Positions 1-7,301 of a stretch of 17,761 bases of DNA are shown piece by piece. How positions within the stretch are numbered: position 1 is the first letter of the stretch; the number at the start of each line of letters is the position of its first letter. This DNA comes from Sulfurimonadaceae bacterium (lineage in GTDB: Bacteria > Campylobacterota > Campylobacteria > Campylobacterales > Sulfurimonadaceae), in contig JBFEXS010000035.1 in NCBI GenBank assembly GCA_041562555.1, positions 1 to 17,761 on the forward strand, in the 5' to 3' direction. Under the pieces are notes generated by a model, which worked only from the letters and a program-made list of their open reading frames with translations, ran no database searches and was not told the DNA's origin. Position numbers and translations under genes: made by a program.

Positions 1-387
1 GTCCGTATATTGAGTGATTCCCGTCTGTTTTGGTTTATCGCCGCCATGCATGAGGAAGAGGGACGGGAAATTCTGGCCAAATCACATTTTAAATCCAGGC
101 CGCATAAGGTCATTGAACTGGGACAGCTTTCACAAAAAGAGTCGGATATGTACATCAATACCCAATTGATCTTTGCCCATGACAAGTCTATTCTAGATTT
201 TCACCAGGCCCAGGCTAAAAAGATCTATAAATTAACAAAGGGAAATTTCAGGTATTTGAAAAAGTTGATGCATACGGAGTTTACGTTGCTACATGAGGCA
301 CAAGAGATGGATATGAAAAAATTTCAGGAACCCTCAAAATGCCTGTTGAGTATGGCAGCGATTGATGTAGGATTGATCCATGTCTAA
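1..387 (+). CDS. C-terminal part of an AAA-type ATPase of the pilus/transformation operon (CtsP/MshM-like); 5'-truncated by the window
   Basis: The frame is open from base 1 (gtc cgt ata ttg...), so the TTG at 10 is probably internal. The helical 'IYKLTKGNFRYLKKLM' segment resembles ExeA/MshM/CtsP C-termini. It lies directly upstream of TPR-GspE-GspF genes, and its stop overlaps the next ATG. Confidence 0.7.
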   Translation, partial: VRILSDSRLFWFIAAMHEEEGREILAKSHFKSRPHKVIELGQLSQKESDMYINTQLIFAHDKSILDFHQAQAKKIYKLTKGNFRYLKKLMHTEFTLLHEAQEMDMKKFQEPSKCLLSMAAIDVGLIHV

Positions 388-1063
388 TCGTCTTGAGGAA
401 CTGCACAGTCAATGTAAAAAGTATCATTTAAAAAAAGCGGTGAAGCTGTTTGGACTGCTGATGGCAAGCTCAATAATCACTATTGGCGTCTATTTTGCTT
501 GGGTGGGCTTGGATAAGGATCAGACATCCGTCACTTCTAAATCAAACATGATGACAGAGGAAAAACCACAAAGCGATAGAGTCGTACCGGAGTACAAGGT
601 CGGTGTTTCAGATGCGGCACTTGAGGCTGCCGTGAAAAAGATGAAAAGAAGCAGTGAGACGAAGCGCGATGTTAAATCCGGGGAGTTTGAAAAAGTATCA
701 TCGCAAAAACAGAACATTTTTCAGAGCCAGACGGCAGTATCAAAGAAGGCGGGCTATTTTAAGCCGGAGGTCAAAGAACAGTCCATAGAGGCATGGATTG
801 AAAAATATCATCAGAAAAAATCCTATACGGTAGCAATATACATAGCCAAACAGTATTATCTGCAGCCAGATTATAAACAAGCCGGGATATGGGCAAAGCG
901 TGCCAATCAGATCGATAGAAACAAAGAAGAAGCATGGCTTTATTATGCAAAATCGGTATACGCCTTGGGAGATGCATCGAAGGCTAAACGTATATTGAAC
1001 ATCTATTTACAGTATAAAAAGTCAACCAAGGCAGAACTGTTATTATCCGAATGGAATCAATAA
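380..1063 (+). CDS. Single-TM membrane protein with C-terminal TPR repeats (CtsX/MshN-like, 'CDC27 family')
   Basis: One N-terminal TM segment (LFGLLMASSIITIGVYFAWVGL), a low-complexity linker, then TPR-like helices (IAKQYY...AGIWAKRANQID...EAWLYYAKSVYALG). Position between the ATPase and GspE matches ctsP-ctsX-ctsE. Confidence 0.75.
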   Translation: MSNRLEELHSQCKKYHLKKAVKLFGLLMASSIITIGVYFAWVGLDKDQTSVTSKSNMMTEEKPQSDRVVPEYKVGVSDAALEAAVKKMKRSSETKRDVKSGEFEKVSSQKQNIFQSQTAVSKKAGYFKPEVKEQSIEAWIEKYHQKKSYTVAIYIAKQYYLQPDYKQAGIWAKRANQIDRNKEEAWLYYAKSVYALGDASKAKRILNIYLQYKKSTKAELLLSEWNQ

Positions 1064-1074
1064 GGAGCATCAAA

Positions 1075-1611
1075 ATGAGATATTTCATACTCACTCTTTG
1101 TCTCACTTGTGTACTCTCATCCGCGAATGATGACCTTGGACTCTTTCTTCAGGCGTATACGGCAAAAGATATGGATCTTGCATGTGAGAAGGGTCGCAGC
1201 CTCTATCGCGCTAATATACGTGATGAGAGTATCCTAATCGCTGCAGGCCATGCCTGCTCAGCTGTAGATTATATCGACTTTGTGGGTGTCTTGCAGCAGC
1301 GTTTGGGCTTTTCTGAAGAGTCAAGAAAAGCAGCCGTCTATTTCTCTACCTTGGTATTGAAAAAGCGTCTTATCTCCCAATACATGCATGAAGGTACCGA
1401 TCTGAAACTCTATACGCTTCCCAATACCGATCATATTCTCTCGCGTGTCTATGAAGGGATCCGTAACGAGAAGTTTACGCTGGTATCAGTCCAACCTAAA
1501 CATTTGCGTATAGGAAATGATAAGGATTATATTGATATCTTTGTAAAGAAGAAGATACACGTAGACGTATATCAAAACGGACAAAAAATCCAAGAGCACA
1601 GGTACCGGTAA
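1075..1611 (+). CDS. Exported hypothetical protein within the pilus operon
   Basis: Start moved from 1051 to ATG 1075: AAGGAG at 1062-1067 precedes it and the product then begins with a signal peptide (MRYFILTLCLTCVLSSA). TAATG overlap with the next gene. Confidence 0.75.
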   Translation: MRYFILTLCLTCVLSSANDDLGLFLQAYTAKDMDLACEKGRSLYRANIRDESILIAAGHACSAVDYIDFVGVLQQRLGFSEESRKAAVYFSTLVLKKRLISQYMHEGTDLKLYTLPNTDHILSRVYEGIRNEKFTLVSVQPKHLRIGNDKDYIDIFVKKKIHVDVYQNGQKIQEHRYR

Positions 1612-3284
1612 TGATTAGAAAAAGCGTACGTTTGGGAGATCTGTTGGTCGAAGACGGTCTGATCACGAATGATCAGTTGATGCATGTACTTAAATTGCAA
1701 AAAGAGTATGGTTTTGCCAAGAAAATGGGTGAGATCATGATCGATGAAGGCTATATCACCAAAAAGCAGATGTCATTACTTCTGTCCAAGCAGCTGGAGA
1801 TCGATTTTATTGATCTTTATGGTGAGAAGATCAATTTTGAAATCTTGGCCAATTATCCTTATGCACTTCTTGAAAATGCCAAGGCGATCCCCTACAAAGT
1901 GGATGATGATTATATCTACGTCGCTACATCCGATCCGCTCAATTATGAGGCGCTTGAAGCTCTTGAACGTTCCATCGCAACAAAACCGATCTCTTTGCGT
2001 TTGGCAATGGATGATGATATCCGCCGCATTTTTCTTCGTTTGGATATAGTCAAAAAAACACGTACCATCGTCGATGAGGTAAAGCGCGAAATCAATACGG
2101 AAGGGATGAAGAACGATACGGAAGAATCTGCGATTATGCGGTTGATCGTCTTGGTAATCAAAGATGCGATCCTTCGTAATGGCAGTGACCTTCATATTGA
2201 ACCGAGTGCCAATGATATGTCTGTGCGTGTCCGTGTAGATGGTGTTCTTCAGGAGAGTTTCGTTTTTGACCTTGAGATCTATCATGCACTGACATCACGT
2301 ATCAAGATCCTTGGTCATCTGGATATTTCGGAGAAGCGAAAGTCACAGGATGGTCGTTTTTCTTTGAATGTCAACAATGGTGCCTATGATTTTCGTCTCT
2401 CTACAACGCCGACGCTTTACGGTGAGTCAGTGGTCATGCGTATCCTTGATCAGCAGAAGATTCTGCTTAAACTGGAAGATCTTGGTTTTATGGATGAAAA
2501 CCTGAGTACTTTTACGAATATAATCCACTCGCCTTATGGAATCTTGCTCATCACGGGACCGACAGGAAGTGGTAAGACAACGACACTCTATGCTGCCTTG
2601 AATGAGATTAAAAATATTCAAAACAAGGTCCTTACCATTGAGGACCCCATAGAGTACCAATTGCCACTGGTACAACAGGTCCAGGTGAATGAAAAAGTAG
2701 GCTTTACGTTTTTCTCGGCGTTAAAATCATTTTTGCGTCAGGATCCGGATATTATCATGGTCGGTGAGATCCGAGATACAGATACTCTAGGCGCGGCGGC
2801 ACAAGCTTCGTTAACCGGGCATATGGTCTTCTCGACCTTGCATACGAATAATGCAGCTTCGGCAATCTCACGTATGTCTCAGATGGGACTGGAAAACTAT
2901 CTCATCGCGGATTCCGTACTGGGGATCGTCGCCCAGCGTCTTGTACGTAAAATATGCCCCTATTGTAAACAGGAAGTAAAACCGCATAAAGACCAATTGG
3001 CCAAGATCGAGGCGCATATCCCGAGCAATGCACTCTTTTATAAGGGTAAAGGCTGTCCCCAATGTTATTTGAGCGGATATTCCGGGCGTATTATGATTTC
3101 TGAGATATTGGTAGTGACCGAAGAGATATCCAAGATGATCGCCTTGGGTTCAACGAACTTTGAGATCGCACATTATGCTCAGGAGCATGAAGGATTTAAA
3201 CCGATGTTTTACGACGGTCTGAAAAAAGCGATGATGGGGATAACGACACTTGATGATGTGTTGAGGGTCGTTAAAGATATATGA
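1611..3284 (+). CDS. gspE: GspE/PilB/MshE-family secretion/pilus assembly ATPase (CtsE-like) with N-terminal MshEN domain
   Basis: Walker A GPTGSGKTT, Asp box TIEDPIE, Walker B IIMVGEIRD, His box GHMVFSTLH, tetracysteine CPYC...CPQC, and N-terminal RLGDLLVEDGLITNDQL. Confidence 0.95.
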   Translation: MIRKSVRLGDLLVEDGLITNDQLMHVLKLQKEYGFAKKMGEIMIDEGYITKKQMSLLLSKQLEIDFIDLYGEKINFEILANYPYALLENAKAIPYKVDDDYIYVATSDPLNYEALEALERSIATKPISLRLAMDDDIRRIFLRLDIVKKTRTIVDEVKREINTEGMKNDTEESAIMRLIVLVIKDAILRNGSDLHIEPSANDMSVRVRVDGVLQESFVFDLEIYHALTSRIKILGHLDISEKRKSQDGRFSLNVNNGAYDFRLSTTPTLYGESVVMRILDQQKILLKLEDLGFMDENLSTFTNIIHSPYGILLITGPTGSGKTTTLYAALNEIKNIQNKVLTIEDPIEYQLPLVQQVQVNEKVGFTFFSALKSFLRQDPDIIMVGEIRDTDTLGAAAQASLTGHMVFSTLHTNNAASAISRMSQMGLENYLIADSVLGIVAQRLVRKICPYCKQEVKPHKDQLAKIEAHIPSNALFYKGKGCPQCYLSGYSGRIMISEILVVTEEISKMIALGSTNFEIAHYAQEHEGFKPMFYDGLKKAMMGITTLDDVLRVVKDI

Positions 3285-4519
3285 AATATTTTCGTATCCA
3301 ATATAAGCAGGCGAAGAACCGACATATAAAAGTGATAGAAGCAGTAAATCGTTTGGAGGCTTTGAAGATCTTTTCAGCACTTTCTTTGGGTGTGGTACAG
3401 GATATCGTAGAGATTCCCCAGCCTTTGAGTATGAAGCTAGAGAAACTGCAGCAAAGATGGAATGATCCGATCAAGAAGGAAAGTGTCAAAGCACAAGAAT
3501 ATATCGGATTGCTCGAGCAGGTACATGTCATGCTGGATGCGGGAATGCCGATAAATATCTCACTGGAAGAGGCTGTAAGAGGGGTTGAAAACCCCATGTT
3601 AAAAGCAATATTCCAAGAGATCCTTGACGATATCGAGGGCGGACAGAGTCTCACCTTTGCATCCAGAAAGTTTTCCCAACAGCTGGGTACGCTGAGTATA
3701 TCGATGTTTGAACTTGGTGAGAAGACAGGTACGCTTTCGGATTCGATCAAGAAACTTGCGGATATCATCCAGGAGATCTATGACAATAGGATGAAGCTGA
3801 AGAAAGCGACACGTTATCCTCTTTTCATCATTGTCGCCATGGCGATCGCTTTTACCGTCGTGATCACCTTTGTCGTACCTCAATTTGAAGAACTCTTTAG
3901 ATCTGCGAAACTTGAGCTCCCTTTTCCTACGCGTTTTCTTCTATGGCTGGAAAATGCAATCGTATTTTACGGTCCCTACATTCTGGGAGGGGCTGTTGTT
4001 CTAGCAGGTATCTTTGCAAAGATGTATAAAAATAGCGAGGAGATACGGTTTAAGACAGACAAGCTTTTGCTGAGAGTCTACATAGTAGGCGAAGTGACCT
4101 ATTTAGCCATGATAGGACGTTTTATCTATATTTTTGATGTCTTGACAGCTTCGGGAATCCCCATTATTGATGCCCTGCGCACAGCGAATGAGATCGTAGA
4201 TAATACCTATATGAACAGACAGCTTTCTAAGATAGCGGATGCTATAGAAGAGGGTAAAACTTTGCATCAGGGTTTTTTGGAGACAGATCTTTTTGAGAAC
4301 ATGCCACTGCAGATGTTAAAAGCAGGGGAGCAAAGTGGGTCGATTGGTGCGATGCTGAACAAAATATCAAAACTGTTCAAAGATAAGTATGCGTATATTA
4401 TCGACAATGTGGCAACAATGATCGAACCGATATTGATCGCTGCGATAGCAGGTTTTGTACTTTTACTTGCTTTAGGTATATTCCTACCGATGTGGTCCAT
4501 GGTAGAGCTTGCGGGATAA
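3281..4519 (+). CDS. gspF: GspF/PilC/MshG-family inner-membrane platform protein (CtsF-like)
   Basis: Two T2SSF repeats (GEKTGTL / GEQSGSI), 'RYP' followed by TM and 'VVPQF...LPFPTR', and C-terminal 'IEP...GIFLPMW'. ATGA overlap with gspE. Confidence 0.95.
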   Translation: MKYFRIQYKQAKNRHIKVIEAVNRLEALKIFSALSLGVVQDIVEIPQPLSMKLEKLQQRWNDPIKKESVKAQEYIGLLEQVHVMLDAGMPINISLEEAVRGVENPMLKAIFQEILDDIEGGQSLTFASRKFSQQLGTLSISMFELGEKTGTLSDSIKKLADIIQEIYDNRMKLKKATRYPLFIIVAMAIAFTVVITFVVPQFEELFRSAKLELPFPTRFLLWLENAIVFYGPYILGGAVVLAGIFAKMYKNSEEIRFKTDKLLLRVYIVGEVTYLAMIGRFIYIFDVLTASGIPIIDALRTANEIVDNTYMNRQLSKIADAIEEGKTLHQGFLETDLFENMPLQMLKAGEQSGSIGAMLNKISKLFKDKYAYIIDNVATMIEPILIAAIAGFVLLLALGIFLPMWSMVELAG

Positions 4520-4529
4520 GGAGAAGGGT

Positions 4530-4625
4530 ATGGAGATGGAAACAGGTACAATTGTCGTCGCGATCATTAGTACATTAATCCTTGCCTTTGCTTTATGGAT
4601 TATCAACAAGATCACAAATATCTAG
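4530..4625 (+). CDS. Small single-TM protein, 31 aa (MEMETGTIVVAIISTLILAFALWIINKITNI); not in the ORF track
   Basis: AAGGAG at 4518-4523 overlaps the gspF stop, ATG at 4530, TAG at 4623-4625. Hydrophobic core of about 18 residues, and it fills the intergenic gap exactly. Confidence 0.65.
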   Translation: MEMETGTIVVAIISTLILAFALWIINKITNI

Positions 4626-6013
4626 GCGTGTTCCTGGATATTTAAAGGGATGGAGATGATAAAGCAGGCACCTTTATCCGAGTCCTCTGCGATCTTGATA
4701 CTGCCACCTAGATGTTGCGTCACAAGATTATAGGTGATGTTCAATCCAAGTCCGGTACCGCCTTTGTTTCGTTTTGTTGTGACGAAAGGTTCAAAGATCT
4801 TGTTTGCGACCTGCGGGTCAATCCCCTTCCCATTGTCTTGGCAGCTGAAGATAGCATGGGTCTGGTCTATGCAGGTTTGAAGCCTGATACTCTTTTTCTC
4901 CTGAGTCTCTTCAAAGGCATGTATAATGGCATTTTGTAAAAGATTGATGATGATCTGTGCAATGGCACCAGGGTAGGAGTTCATATTGATCATACTATCC
5001 TGGAAGTCGAGTTGAAGCTCAACATTATTGTGTTTTAATTCACTTTTGAAAGTGGAAATGACTTCTTCGATATAACTGTTGAGTTCAAAAGTCCGCAGCT
5101 CTTCCGAACTTTGATCCACCGAGATCTTTTTGAAGTTTTTGATCAGGAGTGCGGCTCTGTCGAGGTTTTTTGTCAATATCTCATTTGCATCACGAAGATC
5201 ATGCAGTGCATCGTCAAGATCGGTTTTCGTCAAAGAGTTGCTTTTGATGGAGGATTCTAAACCGGAGAGTTTGTCTTTAAAAATAGACGCAGCTGTAATC
5301 GAGATACCCAAAGGCGTATTGACTTCATGGGCAACCCCCGCTACAAGACCGCCCAATGCCGACATCTTCTCTGCTTCGATCAATTGTACTTGTGCATCTT
5401 CCAAGCGTTGAAGATTCTTCCTGAGGGATTCTCTGTATCTTTTTTCACTGGATACAAAATAGTAAAACAGTGCAAAGATGATACATGAGAGGGTGACGAT
5501 ATTCAAAGTGAAGAAGAGTGTACTGATGCCCTCAGGCACTTCGAGCAATTCCAATTGTGTCACACGTTCATCGATCAATCCGCTGATGATGATCAAGACG
5601 ATATAAAAGACAAACCAGCTGATAAGGGTTCTGTGATGTTTAAAGGTAAATGCACCGAGGATGGCAAGGATAGACCAAAACACCTGCCCGCCGCTCGAAA
5701 CAAACCCGCCCAGAGAGACCTGAAAAAGAAAAGGAAGCAAGAGGGTGATAAAGAGCTGTACCCCCTGGGCAACTCTGAAGTTCTTGGAAAAATAGAGGTA
5801 GGTGAAATTCAGTGTGGTGATAAGCATATATCCGAAGGGAACGGCTGCTTGTAAGAACAGACCGTAAGCAAGGGCAATACTTCCCCAGCTGAAACCACCC
5901 ATACTCATAAAGAGCCCTATGGAGATAAGAAAGCTGTGTTGGCGTTTCTGATCCGCACTGTCGGTAGGCTTGTCAGCGATAGAAAAGAGAAGTGCAATGA
6001 ACCGTTTGAACAC
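4622..6013 (-). CDS. Membrane-bound sensor histidine kinase (about 6 TM, HisKA + HATPase_c); no adjacent response regulator
   Basis: H box AGVAHEVNTPLG, N box NLLQNAIIHAF, G1 DNGKGI, F box IFEPFVTTK, G2 GGTGLGL. GTG start with AGAAGGGGG upstream. Confidence 0.92.
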   Translation of the reverse strand: MFKRFIALLFSIADKPTDSADQKRQHSFLISIGLFMSMGGFSWGSIALAYGLFLQAAVPFGYMLITTLNFTYLYFSKNFRVAQGVQLFITLLLPFLFQVSLGGFVSSGGQVFWSILAILGAFTFKHHRTLISWFVFYIVLIIISGLIDERVTQLELLEVPEGISTLFFTLNIVTLSCIIFALFYYFVSSEKRYRESLRKNLQRLEDAQVQLIEAEKMSALGGLVAGVAHEVNTPLGISITAASIFKDKLSGLESSIKSNSLTKTDLDDALHDLRDANEILTKNLDRAALLIKNFKKISVDQSSEELRTFELNSYIEEVISTFKSELKHNNVELQLDFQDSMINMNSYPGAIAQIIINLLQNAIIHAFEETQEKKSIRLQTCIDQTHAIFSCQDNGKGIDPQVANKIFEPFVTTKRNKGGTGLGLNITYNLVTQHLGGSIKIAEDSDKGACFIISIPLNIQEHA

Positions 6014-6035
6014 TATACCCCCTTCTTTAATATTA

Positions 6036-6050
6036 ATTATACTTATTATA
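6036..6050 (-). promoter_or_regulatory. Tandem sigma70 -10 hexamers (TATAAT x2) upstream of the histidine kinase
   Basis: The + strand has attata at 6036-6041 and 6045-6050, i.e. TATAAT twice on the minus strand, about 25-35 nt upstream of the GTG start. Confidence 0.5.
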
Positions 6051-6069
6051 TAGACTTTAGTAAACTAAA

Positions 6070-6522
6070 TCAAGGCTCAAGGAGCGTAAACGCTCCGTTT
6101 GCAGACGAGTAGTTCCAGGATTTACCAATACAGGGCTTGCCATCCTTGCAATGGTTTGTTCCTTTGTTCCCTGAAGCCGGACCAAGATAGCTGGTTCCTG
6201 AACGGCTCCATTGTGCCGTTTCAGAGTTCTTGAGTATATAGTTTAAAGGTTTGCTATTACTCTCACCCAGGCTGATCGGGTATCCGTTGGCATTAAGCTC
6301 CGAATAGGGACGATTGTTCCCCCAGGTAAACTCACAATCACTGATGATCCATTCACCATGGACGGCTTCGATAGCGGCTTGAACGGAAGAAGCAGTCGAA
6401 AGTTCGGAAGATATCTTGGCATTGTCCGTAAGTTTGGAAAATTGGGGGATCGCCACCGCGGAGAGAACTCCGATGATGACGATAACAAAGATAAGCTCTA
6501 CAAGTGTAAAGGCTTGCCTCAT
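6070..6522 (-). CDS. Type IV pilin / pseudopilin-like protein (prepilin N-terminal cleavage/methylation motif); probable minor pilin
   Basis: MRQA|FTLVELIFVIVIIGVLSAVAIPQF with Glu at +5; C-terminal Cys pair (CKDGKPC). Confidence 0.9.
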   Translation of the reverse strand: MRQAFTLVELIFVIVIIGVLSAVAIPQFSKLTDNAKISSELSTASSVQAAIEAVHGEWIISDCEFTWGNNRPYSELNANGYPISLGESNSKPLNYILKNSETAQWSRSGTSYLGPASGNKGTNHCKDGKPCIGKSWNYSSANGAFTLLEP

Positions 6523-6527
6523 GATAT

Positions 6528-6998
6528 TTAGAAGTTCAGGACGATCGGGTCTGCTACAGTTCCTGCAGGCGTCCCTGTGATATCCCAGTTATTAGCACAT
6601 TTGGATGCGGTCGTAGCATCACCAAAGTTTGCACAGGTAACACCGTAGCTTACGGTTCTGGCTGAAGCGTTGAAAATGATCTGTGAAACGATCCCCGTAT
6701 CATTGGTCCCCTGATAGTCATACTGTCCTGCACCAAGACCTGCAGTATATGTCCAGCCTTTGCCTTTGACCTGAACAAGTTGGCTGAGTTGAAGGGAAGA
6801 GATATTGGCATCTTCCAAGTCTATCTGGTTGACAGCGGCACTCGCAGCAGCGGAAGCGGAGTCAATGGCAGTCTTGGTAATACTGTTAGCCTCTGCATTT
6901 TGCTTTAGGTTCTGAAATTGTGGAATAGCAGCAGCTGCTAAAACCCCGATGATGACGATGACAAAGATCAGCTCAACAAGCGTAAACCCTTTTCTCAT
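6528..6998 (-). CDS. Type IV pilin-like protein; probable major pilin
   Basis: MRKG|FTLVELIFVIVIIGVLAAAAIPQF with Glu at +5, C-terminal Cys pair (CANFGDATTASKC), strong AGGAG RBS and its own extended -10. Confidence 0.9.
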   Translation of the reverse strand: MRKGFTLVELIFVIVIIGVLAAAAIPQFQNLKQNAEANSITKTAIDSASAAASAAVNQIDLEDANISSLQLSQLVQVKGKGWTYTAGLGAGQYDYQGTNDTGIVSQIIFNASARTVSYGVTCANFGDATTASKCANNWDITGTPAGTVADPIVLNF

Positions 6999-7031
6999 TA
7001 TGTTCTCCTGGTTGTTTTTGTGACTTGATTG

Positions 7032-7040
7032 AGTATAACA
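7032..7040 (-). promoter_or_regulatory. Extended -10 promoter (TGtTATACT) of the pilin genes
   Basis: Reverse complement of agtataaca is TGTTATACT, about 35 nt upstream of the pilin ATG; matches the TGnTATAAT-type promoters of Campylobacterota. Confidence 0.6.
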
Positions 7041-7080
7041 TCGGTAATGTAAAATAAAACTTGAATTTAAGGATTAGATT

Positions 7081-7157
7081 TTTTTTGTGATAAAACGGTG
7101 TTACATATACATCATCGGGATCTGCGCAGGCCAATGAGACTTTCTTATGATAAAATG
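7081..7157. repeat. Imperfect 17-bp direct repeat, copies 60 bp apart (TTTYTTRTGATAAAAYG)
   Basis: ttttttgtgataaaacg at 7081-7097 versus tttcttatgataaaatg at 7141-7157; 14 of 17 identical. Confidence 0.55.
7148..7156 (+). promoter_or_regulatory. Extended -10 promoter (TGaTAAAAT) for the small ORF at 7179
   Basis: tgataaaat at 7148-7156, 22 nt upstream of ATG 7179. Confidence 0.5.
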
Positions 7158-7178
7158 TCTTAAAAAAAGAGTATATCG

Positions 7179-7301
7179 ATGCCATTGAAGAACAAGATTA
7201 TAATCACCTTGATGTTGATAGGTTCGGCCTATTTCATGTACCAGGGATTCTCCCTACTGTTTCACGAGAGTGAACAAGGTGTTGAGCAGAGTGCAGACTA
7301 A
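7179..7301 (+). CDS. Small single-TM protein, 40 aa (MPLKNKIIITLMLIGSAYFMYQGFSLLFHESEQGVEQSAD); not in the ORF track
   Basis: ATG 7179 to TAA 7299-7301. Basic N-terminus, hydrophobic core, acidic tail. Upstream extended -10 and a weak AAGAG RBS. Stop overlaps the convergent EAL-HDOD stop. Confidence 0.55.
   Translation: MPLKNKIIITLMLIGSAYFMYQGFSLLFHESEQGVEQSAD

Noticed and set aside
1051..1074. Longer start for the exported hypothetical
   Set aside because: It overlaps the upstream gene; the RBS and signal peptide fit ATG 1075.
6081..6096. Hairpin ggagcg-taaa-cgctcc as terminator of the pilin operon
   Set aside because: It lies inside the last codons of the pilin CDS and has only TT after it on the coding strand; not enough support.
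6070..6998. Pilin antigenic-variation cassettes (pilE/pilS-like recombination)
   Set aside because: The shared N-terminal peptide is encoded with many synonymous third-position differences, both genes are full length, and no flanking repeats or recombinase are present.
6999..7178. c-di-GMP riboswitch upstream of the pilins
   Set aside because: No GEMM-type stems or motifs seen, and the extended -10 at 7032-7040 implies a leader of under 30 nt. An Infernal/Rfam scan would be decisive.
6973..7185. 70-aa minus-strand ORF with a repeated FYHKK
   Set aside because: It runs through the pilin promoter and RBS out of frame; the peptide repeat is only the translation of the 17-bp DNA direct repeat.
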